Assembly (NCBI GenBank): GCA_963734655.1
Contig: CAVTHY010000003.1
Location: 683,492-747,491, forward strand
Reading direction: 5' to 3'
DNA: 64,000 nt
DNA from: an uncultured Acidimicrobiaceae bacterium
GTDB lineage: Bacteria > Actinomycetota > Acidimicrobiia > Acidimicrobiales > RAAP-2
In this document: one piece after another, positions 32,401 through 43,099 of the stretch
Layout of the letters: each line of letters begins with the position of its first letter
How positions within the stretch are numbered: the stretch's first letter is position 1
Translations under genes and position numbers: made by a program
The notes under the pieces: model-generated
Told to the model about the DNA's origin: nothing
Database searches by the model: none
Seen by the model: the letters and a program-made list of their open reading frames with translations, nothing else

Positions 32401-32642
32401 CCGTCCTAGGGAGATTCACCGGCATCAACTCCTGTGGCGCACGTCTTTGCACGTCGCCCCGCGCTCACGCGCAACAATTGACGTGGTCTACTCCCGCGGA
32501 TGCGAGGACGTGAACTCGAGTCCGGTCGACAGATATCTCATGAGCGCAGCGTCATCGAGGTGTCACTAGAGCTCATCGCGAAAGTGAGCAACACCCCGAA
32601 GAGCCGTTGGCTGCGCAGCGCTCTCTCGATGTCGCGCAGAAC

Positions 32643-33764
32643 CTAAGCGATCAGCGACGACAGACTCACCATCTTCATCGAATGGGCCTCGGCCACGGGC
32701 GCGTAGGTGACATCCCCGTTGACGACGTTCACCCCTTCGCCGAGGGCCGGGTCGGCCCTCACGGCTTCACGCCATCCGAGGTCGGCCAGTCGCATGGCGT
32801 AGGGCAGCGTCGCGTTCGAGAGTGCCCGTGTCGAGGTGGTCGGCACGGCGCCTGGCATATTGGCCACGCAGTAGAACACGGACCCGTTGAGCACGAACGT
32901 CGGGTCGGAGTGAGTCGTTGGTCTAGTGGCCTCAAAACAGCCGCCTTGGTCCACGGAGATATCGACCAACACCGAGCCTGGCGACATGCGCCCGACGAGT
33001 TCATTGCTCACCAGGGTGGGTGCCTTCGCGCCGACCACGAGGACCGCACCGATCACGATGTCAGCCCACAGACACGCTTCTTCGACGGCGAGGACGGACG
33101 ACGCGATCGTCGCCACCGATCCTCTGAAATGGTGGTCGATCTGGCGCAACCGCTCGAGGTTCCGGTCAAGGATGCGCACATTCGCTCGCATTCCCACCGC
33201 GATCGTTGCGGCGGCCATCCCCGCAACTCCAGCTCCAATGATGACCACGTTCGCGGCTTCCACTCCGGGAACGCCGCACACCAGGGTGCCGTGGCCCCCA
33301 CCAGAGCGCATCAGGTGATGCGCGCCCATCAAGGGCGCCATACGGCCAGCCACTTCGCTCATGGGTATCAGCAGTGGTAGGGACCCGTCTCGAAGGCGCA
33401 CCGTCTCGTACGCGATGGCGACATTGCCCGCCTGGATCAGTGCGTCGGTACAGGGTCGTGAGGCGGCGAGGTGAAGATAGGTGAAGAGCACTTGATTGTC
33501 TCTCGCGGCCAATCGCGGATACTCGACCGCAATCGGCTCCTTCACCTTCAAGATCAAATCACCTGCGGCCCACACATCGTCTGCGTCGTTCACGATTGTT
33601 GCGCCCATCGCTTCGTAGTTGGCGTCGGCGAACGTCGACCCCTCACCCGCACCCCTCTCAACGAGGACCTGATGTCCCTGGGACGTGAACTCACGTACCC
33701 CCGCGGGAGTGAGCGCTACGCGGTGCTCGTCGGTCTTGATCTCCTTGGGGACTCCGATAATCAT
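32643..33764 (-). CDS. ald: Alanine dehydrogenase
   Basis: GVPKEIK..EHRVALTP, FTYLHLAA, PMSEVAGR, DQGGCFE, YCVANMPGAVP. Confidence 0.95.
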   Translation of the reverse strand: MIIGVPKEIKTDEHRVALTPAGVREFTSQGHQVLVERGAGEGSTFADANYEAMGATIVNDADDVWAAGDLILKVKEPIAVEYPRLAARDNQVLFTYLHLAASRPCTDALIQAGNVAIAYETVRLRDGSLPLLIPMSEVAGRMAPLMGAHHLMRSGGGHGTLVCGVPGVEAANVVIIGAGVAGMAAATIAVGMRANVRILDRNLERLRQIDHHFRGSVATIASSVLAVEEACLWADIVIGAVLVVGAKAPTLVSNELVGRMSPGSVLVDISVDQGGCFEATRPTTHSDPTFVLNGSVFYCVANMPGAVPTTSTRALSNATLPYAMRLADLGWREAVRADPALGEGVNVVNGDVTYAPVAEAHSMKMVSLSSLIA

Positions 33765-33831
33765 GACTTGAGGACCTTTCTATTGGGGAATCATTGTGCG
33801 CGCTTCCTGCAGCGCTTCAATAATGAACGAC

Positions 33832-35388
33832 CTACTGCGGACGGCCGATTTGCTTCTTCTTGTACGCGCGCCACGTGGTCGCCCAGACGTGCTCGTCTTC
33901 GAGCGGCGACGCGACTGCACGGCGGGTCACCTGACTGTGCGGCGATGTGCGCACCACGTCGGGAGTGGCGTACGCCTCGGAACACACGGTGGCCAGGACA
34001 TCAATCCACTCGTCGATGTCTTCCTTCGACCACGTCTCTCCCGCCTCCGGCGTGAAGGGTTCAGGTACGATCCACGGTTCGTGGCTGAGCCACATGGCGT
34101 CGATGCCGAAGTCGGTCATGCGATTTTGCACGTCGATGACCGTGACGCCGGTGTCGGTGGTCAGGGTCTCGAGACTGTAACGGGTCATCTCCATCCGATA
34201 TCCCGGTAGGTGAGGGTGCGCTCTCGTTACCCCGGGGATCTTGACCAATCGGGCGTCGATGTAATTACTCGCCAACACCGAGATATCCGACGCTTCGTCA
34301 ATGCCGCGCGCACCCATTGCCCGGGTCCAGGCGTAGGCCTTGAACACTTGGGGAATGTTCCCCAAGAACTCGCGAACATGACCGATGCTGAGTGCCGGTT
34401 CCACCAGACGGAAGTGGCCCTCGTCGTTGTTCACCAGGGGGCCCGGGAGGAACGGCTCGAGCGCCGCGCTGCAACCGTACGCCCCCACCGCCGGCCCGCC
34501 GCCACCCTTGGGGGCGCCAAAGGTCTTGTGCAACATGAACATGCAGGCGTCGAAGCCCAGTTCACGTGCGCGAAGCTTCCCCATGAGACCGTTGAAGTTG
34601 GCGTGGTCGTAGAAGCACAACCCACCCGCCGCGTGGACAATATCGACCCATTCGGCGATGTGGGGGTTGTAGATGCCCATGTCGTCAGGGTTGTTCACCA
34701 TGAGAGCGGCGGTGCGCGGTGACACGGCTGCGCGCAGGGCTTCAACCGAGGGATAGCCGGACTCCTCGAGCGGCAGGGTGATCACGTCGAACCCTCCCGC
34801 AGCGGCCGTCGCGGCATTGCACGGGTGAGCCTGAATGGTGGTGATGATCTCGTTGCGTTGGGCGAGTTGTCCCAGTGACTCGAAGTAGGCGCGCGTCACG
34901 CACACGCTGACGTACGCCGCATCGGCCCCGCCGCCGGCTTGGAACACGAACCGGTCCATCCCGGAGAGCTCGCGAAGCATCAGGTCGAACTCGTACACCA
35001 CCTCGAGGAGCCCTTGAATGGTGGACTCGTCTTGCAGCGGGTGCACCTCGCGCATCTGGGGCAGCCGAGTCAACGATTCGCTCATCACCGGGTTGTACTT
35101 CATGGTGCACGTACCAAAGAGATCGACGCCCAGCATGCCCAACGTCTCCTGGGAGAGCCGCAAGTAGTGGCGAAACACTTCGAACTCGCTCAACTCCGGC
35201 AATACCGGTGCGTTAGTGCGCAGGGCGCTCTCGGGCACCCGTGAAAGGGCCGTCTCGACTGATTCGACTCCCTCTTCAAGCATCCCCGGAACCACGAGGC
35301 CTCGTCGCCCCGTTCGGCCGAGTTCAGTGATGAGGGGCTCGTCCCACACCGCCGCCCGATATTTACTTGGATCGCGGGAGGCGCTCAT
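33832..35388 (-). CDS. Glycine-decarboxylase P-protein subunit 2-like (divergent GcvPB)
   Basis: LPELSE, GTCTMKYNP, HPLQ...QG, PLP-Lys motif LHKTF..PKGGGGP. Confidence 0.85.
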   Translation of the reverse strand: MSASRDPSKYRAAVWDEPLITELGRTGRRGLVVPGMLEEGVESVETALSRVPESALRTNAPVLPELSEFEVFRHYLRLSQETLGMLGVDLFGTCTMKYNPVMSESLTRLPQMREVHPLQDESTIQGLLEVVYEFDLMLRELSGMDRFVFQAGGGADAAYVSVCVTRAYFESLGQLAQRNEIITTIQAHPCNAATAAAGGFDVITLPLEESGYPSVEALRAAVSPRTAALMVNNPDDMGIYNPHIAEWVDIVHAAGGLCFYDHANFNGLMGKLRARELGFDACMFMLHKTFGAPKGGGGPAVGAYGCSAALEPFLPGPLVNNDEGHFRLVEPALSIGHVREFLGNIPQVFKAYAWTRAMGARGIDEASDISVLASNYIDARLVKIPGVTRAHPHLPGYRMEMTRYSLETLTTDTGVTVIDVQNRMTDFGIDAMWLSHEPWIVPEPFTPEAGETWSKEDIDEWIDVLATVCSEAYATPDVVRTSPHSQVTRRAVASPLEDEHVWATTWRAYKKKQIGRPQ

Positions 35389-36776
35389 CGCACGATCTCC
35401 TCGAGCACGGTGGCCAGACGCTCGATGTCGTCGAGCGAATGCAGCTCGGTCACGCAATAGAGTGCGCACTGAGCCAATTCGGGTGCGCTCTCGGAGAGGT
35501 CGAGTCCGCCGAAGATTCCACGTTCAAGAAGCCTCGCGTTGATCTCCTTGACTTTCAGCGACGACGCGGAGAAATCGACGACGAACTCTCGGATGAACCC
35601 TTCGCCGAAGCGTATCGACACGTTCTCAATCGCGCTGAGTCGTTCTGCCGCGTAGTGGCTGCGCTGCAACAGCGCCAAGCCAATGTCGCGGAAACCCTGG
35701 GGACCCATCATCGCCATGAATGCGGTGTTCGAGATCGTCCAGAGATAGGTCGAATTACCCGTCCAGTCGTTACCTTGCTCGCGCGCTCCGTAGGAAGTCT
35801 GTTCCATGAGGAATTCGGAGAACCCGCGCTCGCCGGGCTCGAGGGTGTCGCAGATGCTCACCTGCAGCGTCGGGTACTCACGGGCGTAGCGACTTTCATC
35901 GCGACTGGCGATGAAGCCCCCGACACCGCCCCCCGCATTCATGTGAACACCGAGGGTCTGAATCGATCCGACTGCCAGACCAACCCCCAACTCTCCCGGC
36001 GGCGCCAAGACGCCGAGTAGGAGGGGATCGACACCGAGGATCACCTCGGCCCCCACCGCTGCGGCCTCGCGCACGATCAACGCGATCTCGTCTTCGATCA
36101 CACCGAAGAAGTTCGGCGACTCGACGTAGACAGCCGCCACGTCGTCGCCCAGTTTGGATCTCAGGTCGTCGATGTCGACACGCCCGTCAGCCGCACGGTA
36201 TCCCACGAATTCAAGTCCCAGGTGATTCTCCTGCTCGGAACTCCCGCAATAATTCGAGATCACCGAGCGGCGCTGGGGGTCGACGGCGTTGGTGACGAGG
36301 ACTTTGGAACGAGTGGTCATGCGCGCGGCCATTCGAAGGGCGTGGCCGGCGGCGCACCCCCAGCTGTACACCGGCAATCCGATGAAGTCGAGATCGAGCA
36401 ACTCCCCCAATTGGCTCGCCCATTCGAACCACGCTTGGTAGCGACCATAATCCGACGACGACGTTCCCATCACCGAGGTCTGCCACTCGAAGCGCGCCGA
36501 GAGTTCGTCGCAGATCGCGGGCACGTGATGGCGATATGCGCCCGCGCCGAGAAAACTCAGCGTCTCCTCGCACGAGGTGGTTCGATCGAGGAAGCCTTGG
36601 AGGTGTCGGCGCAATTCTGCCTCGGAGGAGAGTTGGCGCGGTAAGTCGAGAGGGCGTTGGAGGCGTTGACTCGCGGGAATCTGCTGAAAGAACTCATCGA
36701 TGCTGGAGGCGCCGGTCTCGTCGAGCATCTCTTGTTGGATCTCTCTCACCGAGTTGGGCATATAGGGGTGTGCCAT
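35385..36776 (-). CDS. Glycine-decarboxylase P-protein subunit 1-like (divergent GcvPA)
   Basis: HPYMP, FLGAGAY.HHVP, PNFFG.IE, PPGE.G, CVTE. Confidence 0.82.
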   Translation of the reverse strand: MAHPYMPNSVREIQQEMLDETGASSIDEFFQQIPASQRLQRPLDLPRQLSSEAELRRHLQGFLDRTTSCEETLSFLGAGAYRHHVPAICDELSARFEWQTSVMGTSSSDYGRYQAWFEWASQLGELLDLDFIGLPVYSWGCAAGHALRMAARMTTRSKVLVTNAVDPQRRSVISNYCGSSEQENHLGLEFVGYRAADGRVDIDDLRSKLGDDVAAVYVESPNFFGVIEDEIALIVREAAAVGAEVILGVDPLLLGVLAPPGELGVGLAVGSIQTLGVHMNAGGGVGGFIASRDESRYAREYPTLQVSICDTLEPGERGFSEFLMEQTSYGAREQGNDWTGNSTYLWTISNTAFMAMMGPQGFRDIGLALLQRSHYAAERLSAIENVSIRFGEGFIREFVVDFSASSLKVKEINARLLERGIFGGLDLSESAPELAQCALYCVTELHSLDDIERLATVLEEIVR

Positions 36777-36802
36777 CACTTCGTCCTTTCGCTCATCCTT
36801 CA

Positions 36803-37909
36803 TCATGACGGTATTGCCACTCGCATGACCACAGAGCGACGAGGTGCCACCCGGACGCGTTGGTACCTCAAGCAGTGGTGCGGAACGGCACCGTCGACGT
36901 CGACCCACAGGACCGACGGGTCGAGGGCGAAGAGTTTGGTGGCGCCCGACACGATGAGCAGGTCCTCGGGTCCCAAGTTGTTCAAGACCCGTGCGCCGAG
37001 TTGTTGGTTTCCGCGTCCCAGCAAGAAACCTTGGCCGCCGACGACGCCCAGCACTACGATCGTGCGCTCGAAGCCGGTCATCAAGTGGAGGATCTCGTCC
37101 TCACTCAAGTCCGATCCGATCAACTGCGCGTTCGCGACGGCGTCAACGCCCAGCGGTGTGGCCTCGAGGCCGAGGTGCGAAAGGATCTGTCTCGTGGTCG
37201 AACCGGGACCGAAGAGGTACAAGACATCGGGAAGGAGTTCGTGGGCCACCGCGAAACACAACGCCTCGAACTCGGCCCTGGACCCCAGCGCGGTAGACAC
37301 CTTGGCGCCGCTCACGCGCCGGTCACGACCGCGCGGCACCGTCGCCACACCCAAGTACTGGTCGCTGCGCGCATCCCCCGCCACGTCGAGCACCTCAGCC
37401 GACGCGATGAGCCGTGATTCGCTGACCAGATACTCGTGAGCAAGGAGACCGGCCGCTTCGGGACTGGCGGCGAATACTCCAGAACGCATCTTGACGCCGC
37501 TGGGGATCCCCAAGATCGGAAAACCAGGACCGACGCCACGGACGACATCGTGGGCCGTTCCGTCACCACCCGCGAACAAGATGAGATCGCATCCCGCGTC
37601 GCGCAACAGGCGCGCCGCACGTCGCGAGTCGTCACCGGTCGTGACATTCGACGCCTCCTCGACCAGATGCTCGTACTCGATGCCCAACTCCGCGAGAACG
37701 TCGCCGCCCATTGGACCCGCTACCGAGACGAAGCGGACCTTCGAGGCATCAACGTGCGCGAGGGCTCGCTTCGTTCGCGTTGCCGTGAGCGGCTGCGCTC
37801 CACGTCGCCTGGCCTCCGATAGTAGGTCGGCGCCATCGGTGCCGTGCAGGCCCACCGCTCCGCCCATGCCCGCGATCGGGTTGACGACCAGTCCTAGAGT
37901 GCCAATCAC
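36803..37909 (-). CDS. ATP-NAD kinase / AcoX family protein
   Basis: VNPIAGMGG, GGDGT, GIPSGVKM.SGVFA, GQGFLLGRGNQQ. Confidence 0.85.
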   Translation of the reverse strand: MIGTLGLVVNPIAGMGGAVGLHGTDGADLLSEARRRGAQPLTATRTKRALAHVDASKVRFVSVAGPMGGDVLAELGIEYEHLVEEASNVTTGDDSRRAARLLRDAGCDLILFAGGDGTAHDVVRGVGPGFPILGIPSGVKMRSGVFAASPEAAGLLAHEYLVSESRLIASAEVLDVAGDARSDQYLGVATVPRGRDRRVSGAKVSTALGSRAEFEALCFAVAHELLPDVLYLFGPGSTTRQILSHLGLEATPLGVDAVANAQLIGSDLSEDEILHLMTGFERTIVVLGVVGGQGFLLGRGNQQLGARVLNNLGPEDLLIVSGATKLFALDPSVLWVDVDGAVPHHCLRYQRVRVAPRRSVVMRVAIPS

Positions 37910-37920
37910 CCTCGCCCGCC

Positions 37921-39324
37921 TCAGTGGGCCGCAAGTTCGTCGGCGACGCTATCGAGAGCTCGTCTCGTGACCGCCACCATCTCGTCAAGCTCCGATTCGG
38001 TGACGATAAAGGGTGGCGAGAACGCAATCGTGTCGGCTGCCGGCAGCGCGCGCGTTATCACGCCCAGTTCGCGACTCGCCCGAGTGACGCGCACACCCAC
38101 CTTGAGAGCGGGATCAAATTTCGTGAGTGGATCGGTGCTCTGCACGAACTCGACCGCGCCGATCAAGCCCTGACCTCTCACCTCGCCCACCAATGGGTGT
38201 CCATCGAAGGCCTGATGGAGGAGTCCCTGCATATAGTCTCCGCGGTCCTTCGCGCGTCCGATGAGCTTCTCGCGTTCAATGATGTCGAGATTAGTCAAGG
38301 CCGCTGCGGCACTGAGGGGATGCGCCGAGTAGGTGTAGCCGTGGCCGAAGACACCGTACCGTGAACTGCCCTCCTCGATCACTCGCCATACCTTGTCCGA
38401 GACCATGACCGCCGACAGTGGCACGTACGCCGAGGTGATTCCCTTGGCCACAGTGATCAAGTCGGGCTCAATCCCAAAGACGCTCGTGCCGAATCCTTCA
38501 CCCAGGCGGCCGAATCCGCACACCACCTCATCGGCGATCATCAAGATGTCGTAACGGCGAAGAACCTCTTGCACCGCCGCGAAATAACCCGCCGGTGGGA
38601 CAATGACGCCACCCGCGGCCTGGATGGGCTCAGCGATAAACGCGGCGACTGTTTCGGGTCCCTCGGCGAGGATGAGTTGCTCGAGGTCATTGGCCAGCAT
38701 CGCCACGAAGTCCGCCTCACTCATCTCGGGTGTCGCTTCCCACAAGGCGTGCGGGGCTTTGGTGAATCGAATCATGGGCAGCGGCAGGTCGAAGCCGTCG
38801 TGCAAATTGTCCAGGCCGGTGAGTCCTGCGGTCATCACCGTGACGCCGTGGTAGCCGCGACGACGCGAGATGATCTTCTTCTTCTCGCTACGGCCGAGAA
38901 CGTTGTTGTAGTACCACACCAACTTGATCTGCGTGTCATTCGCATCAGATCCACTGTTGCCGAAGAAGACTTTGGACATCGGTACGGGAGCCGTCTCGAT
39001 CAGGCGTTGGGCCAGCATGGTCGATACGTCATTGGCCATGGACGAGAACGAATGGTAGTAGGACAGTTTCGAGCACTGCTCTTGAAGGGTCGTGGCCATC
39101 TCTTCATTGCCGTAGCCAATATTGACGCACCACAGTCCCGCCATGGCGTCAAGGAAACGATTCCCCCTCGAATCGAACAACTCACAGCCCTGACCACGCA
39201 CGATCATCAATGGACCCGAAAGACCGTGTTCCTGGGCCGAAGTGAATGGATGGAACGCGTATTTGACGTCAAGGTCATCAAGTTCTTCGCTGCGCGCCAC
39301 AGACGCCTCATTTTCTACAACCAT
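37921..39324 (-). CDS. Class III (omega-amino) aminotransferase
   Basis: [37 protein letters not shown]. Confidence 0.92.
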   Translation of the reverse strand: MVVENEASVARSEELDDLDVKYAFHPFTSAQEHGLSGPLMIVRGQGCELFDSRGNRFLDAMAGLWCVNIGYGNEEMATTLQEQCSKLSYYHSFSSMANDVSTMLAQRLIETAPVPMSKVFFGNSGSDANDTQIKLVWYYNNVLGRSEKKKIISRRRGYHGVTVMTAGLTGLDNLHDGFDLPLPMIRFTKAPHALWEATPEMSEADFVAMLANDLEQLILAEGPETVAAFIAEPIQAAGGVIVPPAGYFAAVQEVLRRYDILMIADEVVCGFGRLGEGFGTSVFGIEPDLITVAKGITSAYVPLSAVMVSDKVWRVIEEGSSRYGVFGHGYTYSAHPLSAAAALTNLDIIEREKLIGRAKDRGDYMQGLLHQAFDGHPLVGEVRGQGLIGAVEFVQSTDPLTKFDPALKVGVRVTRASRELGVITRALPAADTIAFSPPFIVTESELDEMVAVTRRALDSVADELAAH

Positions 39325-39342
39325 CGGGTACCCCTATCAAGT

Positions 39343-39376
39343 GTTCGCTACGCGGGCAAGTGCGCGATGAACGCAC
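39343..39376. promoter_or_regulatory. Tandem IclR-type operator pair 5
   Basis: GTTCG-CTACG-CGGGC (39343) and GCGCG-ATGAA-CGCAC (39362) in divergent promoter. Confidence 0.7.
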
Positions 39377-39402
39377 AAAACAAGAGTAGTATATAGAGAA
39401 TT

Positions 39403-40899
39403 ATGGAACCACTCGTAGATTTGCCCCAAAATATTGGTGACCGGCTGAATTCGTTGCGCGAATCGAAACTTCTGCGAGAAGACCTATTTATGGGTGGCGA
39501 GTGGATGGCGAGTTCATCCGGCGAGCGCCTTGACGTGTCGAACCCGTCGACCGGTCGAACCATCGCCAGCGTGGCGTGCGCGACCGTCAGCGAGACCACC
39601 CGCGCAATTGACGTGGCCCATGACGTGATGGCCGAATGGTCGGCGAGAACCGCCACCGAGCGAGCAGACGTGTTAATGCGTTGGTACCAGTTATTACTCG
39701 ACAATGTTGACGACCTGGCCACCATACTCACCGCAGAGCAAGGAAAACCCCTCGCTGAAGCGAAGGGCGAGATTACCTACAGCGCTGCATTCGTGCGCTG
39801 GTACGCCGAAGAAGCTCGCCGTTCCTACGGCGACGTGATTCCGTCAAATCGCGCCGGCCGACGGCTCTTTGCACTCCGTCAGCCCATTGGGGTAGTCGCG
39901 GCGATCAGTCCCTGGAACTTTCCGGCCCTGATGATCGCGCGCAAAGTGGCACCCGCGCTGGCTGCCGGCTGTGGCGTGGTGCTCAAACCACCCAGCGAGG
40001 CGCCACTATCAGCATTGGCGCTCGCCGAACTCGGACACCGAGCGGGACTTCCCGCGGGGATCTTCAACGTCGTTCACGGGGAGCCCGAAGTTGTCGGCCC
40101 GGTATTGACCTCGAGCCCCAGAGTTCGCATGCTGACCTTCACCGGGTCGACCGAGGTCGGCAAACTGCTGATGGCCCAGTGCGCGACGACCGTCAAGCGC
40201 CTCGCGCTCGAACTCGGTGGCAACGCTCCCTTCATCGTCTTTGGAGATGCCGACATCGCATCGGCGGTACGCGGCGCGATCGATGCGAAATTCCGCAACG
40301 CGGGTCAGACCTGCGTGTGCGCGAACCGACTGATCGTCCACTCGAGCATCCGCGACGAATTCGTCTCGCAGTTTGTGGAGGCGGTGGACAAGCTCAAAGT
40401 CGGCGACGGATTCGACCCCGATGCCACCATCGGACCATTGATCGACGAGGCCGCCGTCGCCAAAGTGCAACGCCACCTCGACGACGCCACCCATCAAGGC
40501 GCGACCATCGCTCACGGTGGTCGCCGTCACGCGCTGGGGGGCACGTATTTCGAACCCACCGTACTCGTAGGCGTCACGTCCGCCATGGACGTGACGCGTG
40601 AGGAGACCTTTGGGCCCGTCGCGCCCGTATTGGATTTCGAGACCGAGGAGGAGGCCCTCGCGCTGGCCAACTCAACGGAGTCCGGACTCGCCGCGTACTT
40701 CTTCACCCGCGACGTGGGACGGGTGTTCCGCGTTGGTGAGGCACTGGAGTTTGGAGTGGTCGGCGTCAACACGGGGGCGATCTCCTACGAGGGTGCGCCC
40801 TTTGGCGGCGTCAAGCAATCCGGTCTCGGCCGTGAGGGATCACGTCACGGCCTCGACGAATTCACTGAACTCAAGTACCTCTGCGTCGACGGGATCTAG
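39403..40899 (+). CDS. gabD: NAD(P)-dependent succinate/glutarate-semialdehyde dehydrogenase
   Basis: EQGKPLAEAKGE, PWNFP, FTGSTEVG, LELGGNAP, NAGQTCVC, EETFGP. Confidence 0.85.
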   Translation: MEPLVDLPQNIGDRLNSLRESKLLREDLFMGGEWMASSSGERLDVSNPSTGRTIASVACATVSETTRAIDVAHDVMAEWSARTATERADVLMRWYQLLLDNVDDLATILTAEQGKPLAEAKGEITYSAAFVRWYAEEARRSYGDVIPSNRAGRRLFALRQPIGVVAAISPWNFPALMIARKVAPALAAGCGVVLKPPSEAPLSALALAELGHRAGLPAGIFNVVHGEPEVVGPVLTSSPRVRMLTFTGSTEVGKLLMAQCATTVKRLALELGGNAPFIVFGDADIASAVRGAIDAKFRNAGQTCVCANRLIVHSSIRDEFVSQFVEAVDKLKVGDGFDPDATIGPLIDEAAVAKVQRHLDDATHQGATIAHGGRRHALGGTYFEPTVLVGVTSAMDVTREETFGPVAPVLDFETEEEALALANSTESGLAAYFFTRDVGRVFRVGEALEFGVVGVNTGAISYEGAPFGGVKQSGLGREGSRHGLDEFTELKYLCVDGI

Positions 40900-40906
40900 G
40901 TCCCGC

Positions 40907-41842
40907 TCACGACGTCACCGCGATACCGGTATCGACGAGTACTTGGTGGATCTCGGCTAGAGCCTTCGGGTCGGTCAAAGCAAGGCGAGGTCGACGAACG
41001 GTGCCCCCCGGCTGTCCAATCATCGCCATGATGGCTTTGAGCTCGCTCTGGTAGGCGCCGTACACTCCGGCCCAACCGCCCGGTAGCCAAAGCTTTGGAA
41101 ACAACTCCTCGGTTCGACGGGCGTGTTCTTCGCAGAAGGCCAGATCACCGCGCCACAGCGCCTCGAAGAATTGCGCGTCTGGTTCGCCGAAGAGACTCCC
41201 GCCTCCGATAAAGCCGTCACCGCCGAACTCTTGAATCTCCTGGAGGCCGCGACTCGTCATGTAGGGGCCGAAGACGCGAGCACGTCCGACGATACGTCGC
41301 GACGTCTCGTAGAACTGCTCAGTGTTGGGGGTCGAGTCCTTCACGGCAACGACGTTCTCTATGTCCACGAGCCGATCGGCCAGGTCTGGCGTGATCTCCA
41401 CATTGGTTCCGTGGGGCCAGTTGTAGACCATGAGGGGACCGTCGATGGACGAGGAGATGTCGTCGTAGTACTGCACGATCTCATCAGGGGTGGGCTTGGA
41501 GTAGGGAGGGGCGCTCACTTCGACACCGCTGGCGCCCGCGGCGAGAGCGTGCTGCGCGTAGTGGGCGATCTCCTTCGCGGTGTAGGCGGTGCAGCCAATG
41601 ACGACGGTCATTCGTCCCGCTACTTGATCGATCGCGGTCTCGGCGACTTGGCGCCGTTCACCTTCTGTCTGGGAGAACCACTCCCCCACCGTGCCGTTGA
41701 TCAAGACTCCATGGAAGCCACAGCCCACGTAGTATTCGAGCAGCGCGCGCAGCGAGTCGAGGTCCAAACTCTCGTCACCCTCCTTGAAGGGCGTCGGGCA
41801 GGACGGCCAGTACCCTTTCCAGTCCACATCACTTCGGTCCAC
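40907..41842 (-). CDS. DHDPS/NAL-family lyase (second)
   Basis: PTPF, GTVGE, YNWP, VKDS (Schiff-base Lys). Confidence 0.87.
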   Translation of the reverse strand: MDRSDVDWKGYWPSCPTPFKEGDESLDLDSLRALLEYYVGCGFHGVLINGTVGEWFSQTEGERRQVAETAIDQVAGRMTVVIGCTAYTAKEIAHYAQHALAAGASGVEVSAPPYSKPTPDEIVQYYDDISSSIDGPLMVYNWPHGTNVEITPDLADRLVDIENVVAVKDSTPNTEQFYETSRRIVGRARVFGPYMTSRGLQEIQEFGGDGFIGGGSLFGEPDAQFFEALWRGDLAFCEEHARRTEELFPKLWLPGGWAGVYGAYQSELKAIMAMIGQPGGTVRRPRLALTDPKALAEIHQVLVDTGIAVTS

Positions 41843-41863
41843 ACTGTCTCCTTATTTTGAGGG

Positions 41864-43099
41864 TCACTGCTTGATGATTCGGTCGGGGGCGAATTCCGGG
41901 GGAATCTCCGAGGCGCCGGGCTCGACGAGATGCCGGGCAATTTGACGCGCGACCAGGGGGCCCAGGGTGAACCCCGTTGACGCAACGCACACGAAGTAGC
42001 CGGGCATCGAACGAAACTCACCCAAGATGGGATTGAGATCATCGGTGAACGCAATCACACCGGTCCACATGTGTATGACGCGAACGTCCTTGAGAGAAGG
42101 CAGCACACTCAGCGCGACCGCGGCGTTACCCGCCGCACTCGACCACCGCACGGAATTGCGTTTCGGGTCGGGCTCGTCCCGAGCGGGCCAACCACCTCCG
42201 ATGATGAACGTTCCGTTACTCGCCTGCTTCAACGTCAGTCGCCTCCCAATGTGTTGCAGCATCGGGGTGAGCATTCGTTCGCGGGGTTCGGTCACATTGA
42301 CGTGCAAACCCTCGTGACGCATCGGAAGTCGCAGGCCACTCAACTCTGCGATGACGTCGGCCCACGCTCCCGCGGCGTTCACCACTCGATGGGCTTCGAT
42401 CACCCCGGCCGAGGTCGTAATTCGAAATCGTGTCGCGCCCTGGGTGGCGAGACTTTCCACGGACGACACGCGTGCGTGCGTCTTGATGCGAGCGCCCGCC
42501 TCGATCGCGCGCGCCGCGAACGCCGGAGCGGCCAGTAGCGGATTCGCGTGACCTTCCTTCGCGCAGTACGTCGCGCCGATGATTCGCTCGGAGAGGTAGG
42601 GTGCGAAGTCGCGAAGGGCGTCACCGGTGAGCACCTCGGTCTCGAGGCCGGCCTTGCGTTCGATCTTCTGCTTGTCCAGCAGGATCTGCAGTTCGCTCGG
42701 GGTTTCGGCGACCATGAGTCCACCAGTGACGTGGACGCCTAGATCGGTGCCCAACTCCTCTTCGAGCTCGGACCACATGGCCGCGGCGGCGGCCTGAAGA
42801 CGGACGTCATTGAGCAGTCGGCGCTGATCGGCCTCACCATTGGCGCCGGTGAGTTGGTGGATCGCAATCTGGAAATGGAAACTTCCCGCGTTGGTGCCCG
42901 AAGCTTCTCGATTGAGTTCTCCGCGTTCGACCAGCGTCACCGCAACGCCCGCTTGGGCCAAGTAGTACGCAATGGCGCATCCAGCGAGGCCGCCGCCGAT
43001 TATCAACACGTCGGTCTCGGCGGGCAGCGCAGCGTCAAGGTCCTTGGTGGCAGGCAATAGAAGCGGGAGGGTCGCCGGCGAGCGCACGTGAGTACTCAC
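41864..43099 (-). CDS. FAD-dependent D-amino acid/opine dehydrogenase catalytic subunit (second)
   Basis: GGGLAG, ASGTNAG, VNAAGAW, GFTLGP. Confidence 0.85.
   Translation of the reverse strand: MSTHVRSPATLPLLLPATKDLDAALPAETDVLIIGGGLAGCAIAYYLAQAGVAVTLVERGELNREASGTNAGSFHFQIAIHQLTGANGEADQRRLLNDVRLQAAAAAMWSELEEELGTDLGVHVTGGLMVAETPSELQILLDKQKIERKAGLETEVLTGDALRDFAPYLSERIIGATYCAKEGHANPLLAAPAFAARAIEAGARIKTHARVSSVESLATQGATRFRITTSAGVIEAHRVVNAAGAWADVIAELSGLRLPMRHEGLHVNVTEPRERMLTPMLQHIGRRLTLKQASNGTFIIGGGWPARDEPDPKRNSVRWSSAAGNAAVALSVLPSLKDVRVIHMWTGVIAFTDDLNPILGEFRSMPGYFVCVASTGFTLGPLVARQIARHLVEPGASEIPPEFAPDRIIKQ

Noticed and set aside
33832-36776. Complete glycine cleavage system
   Set aside because: No gcvT, gcvH or lpd in the window, no glycine riboswitch recognised, signature motifs diverged
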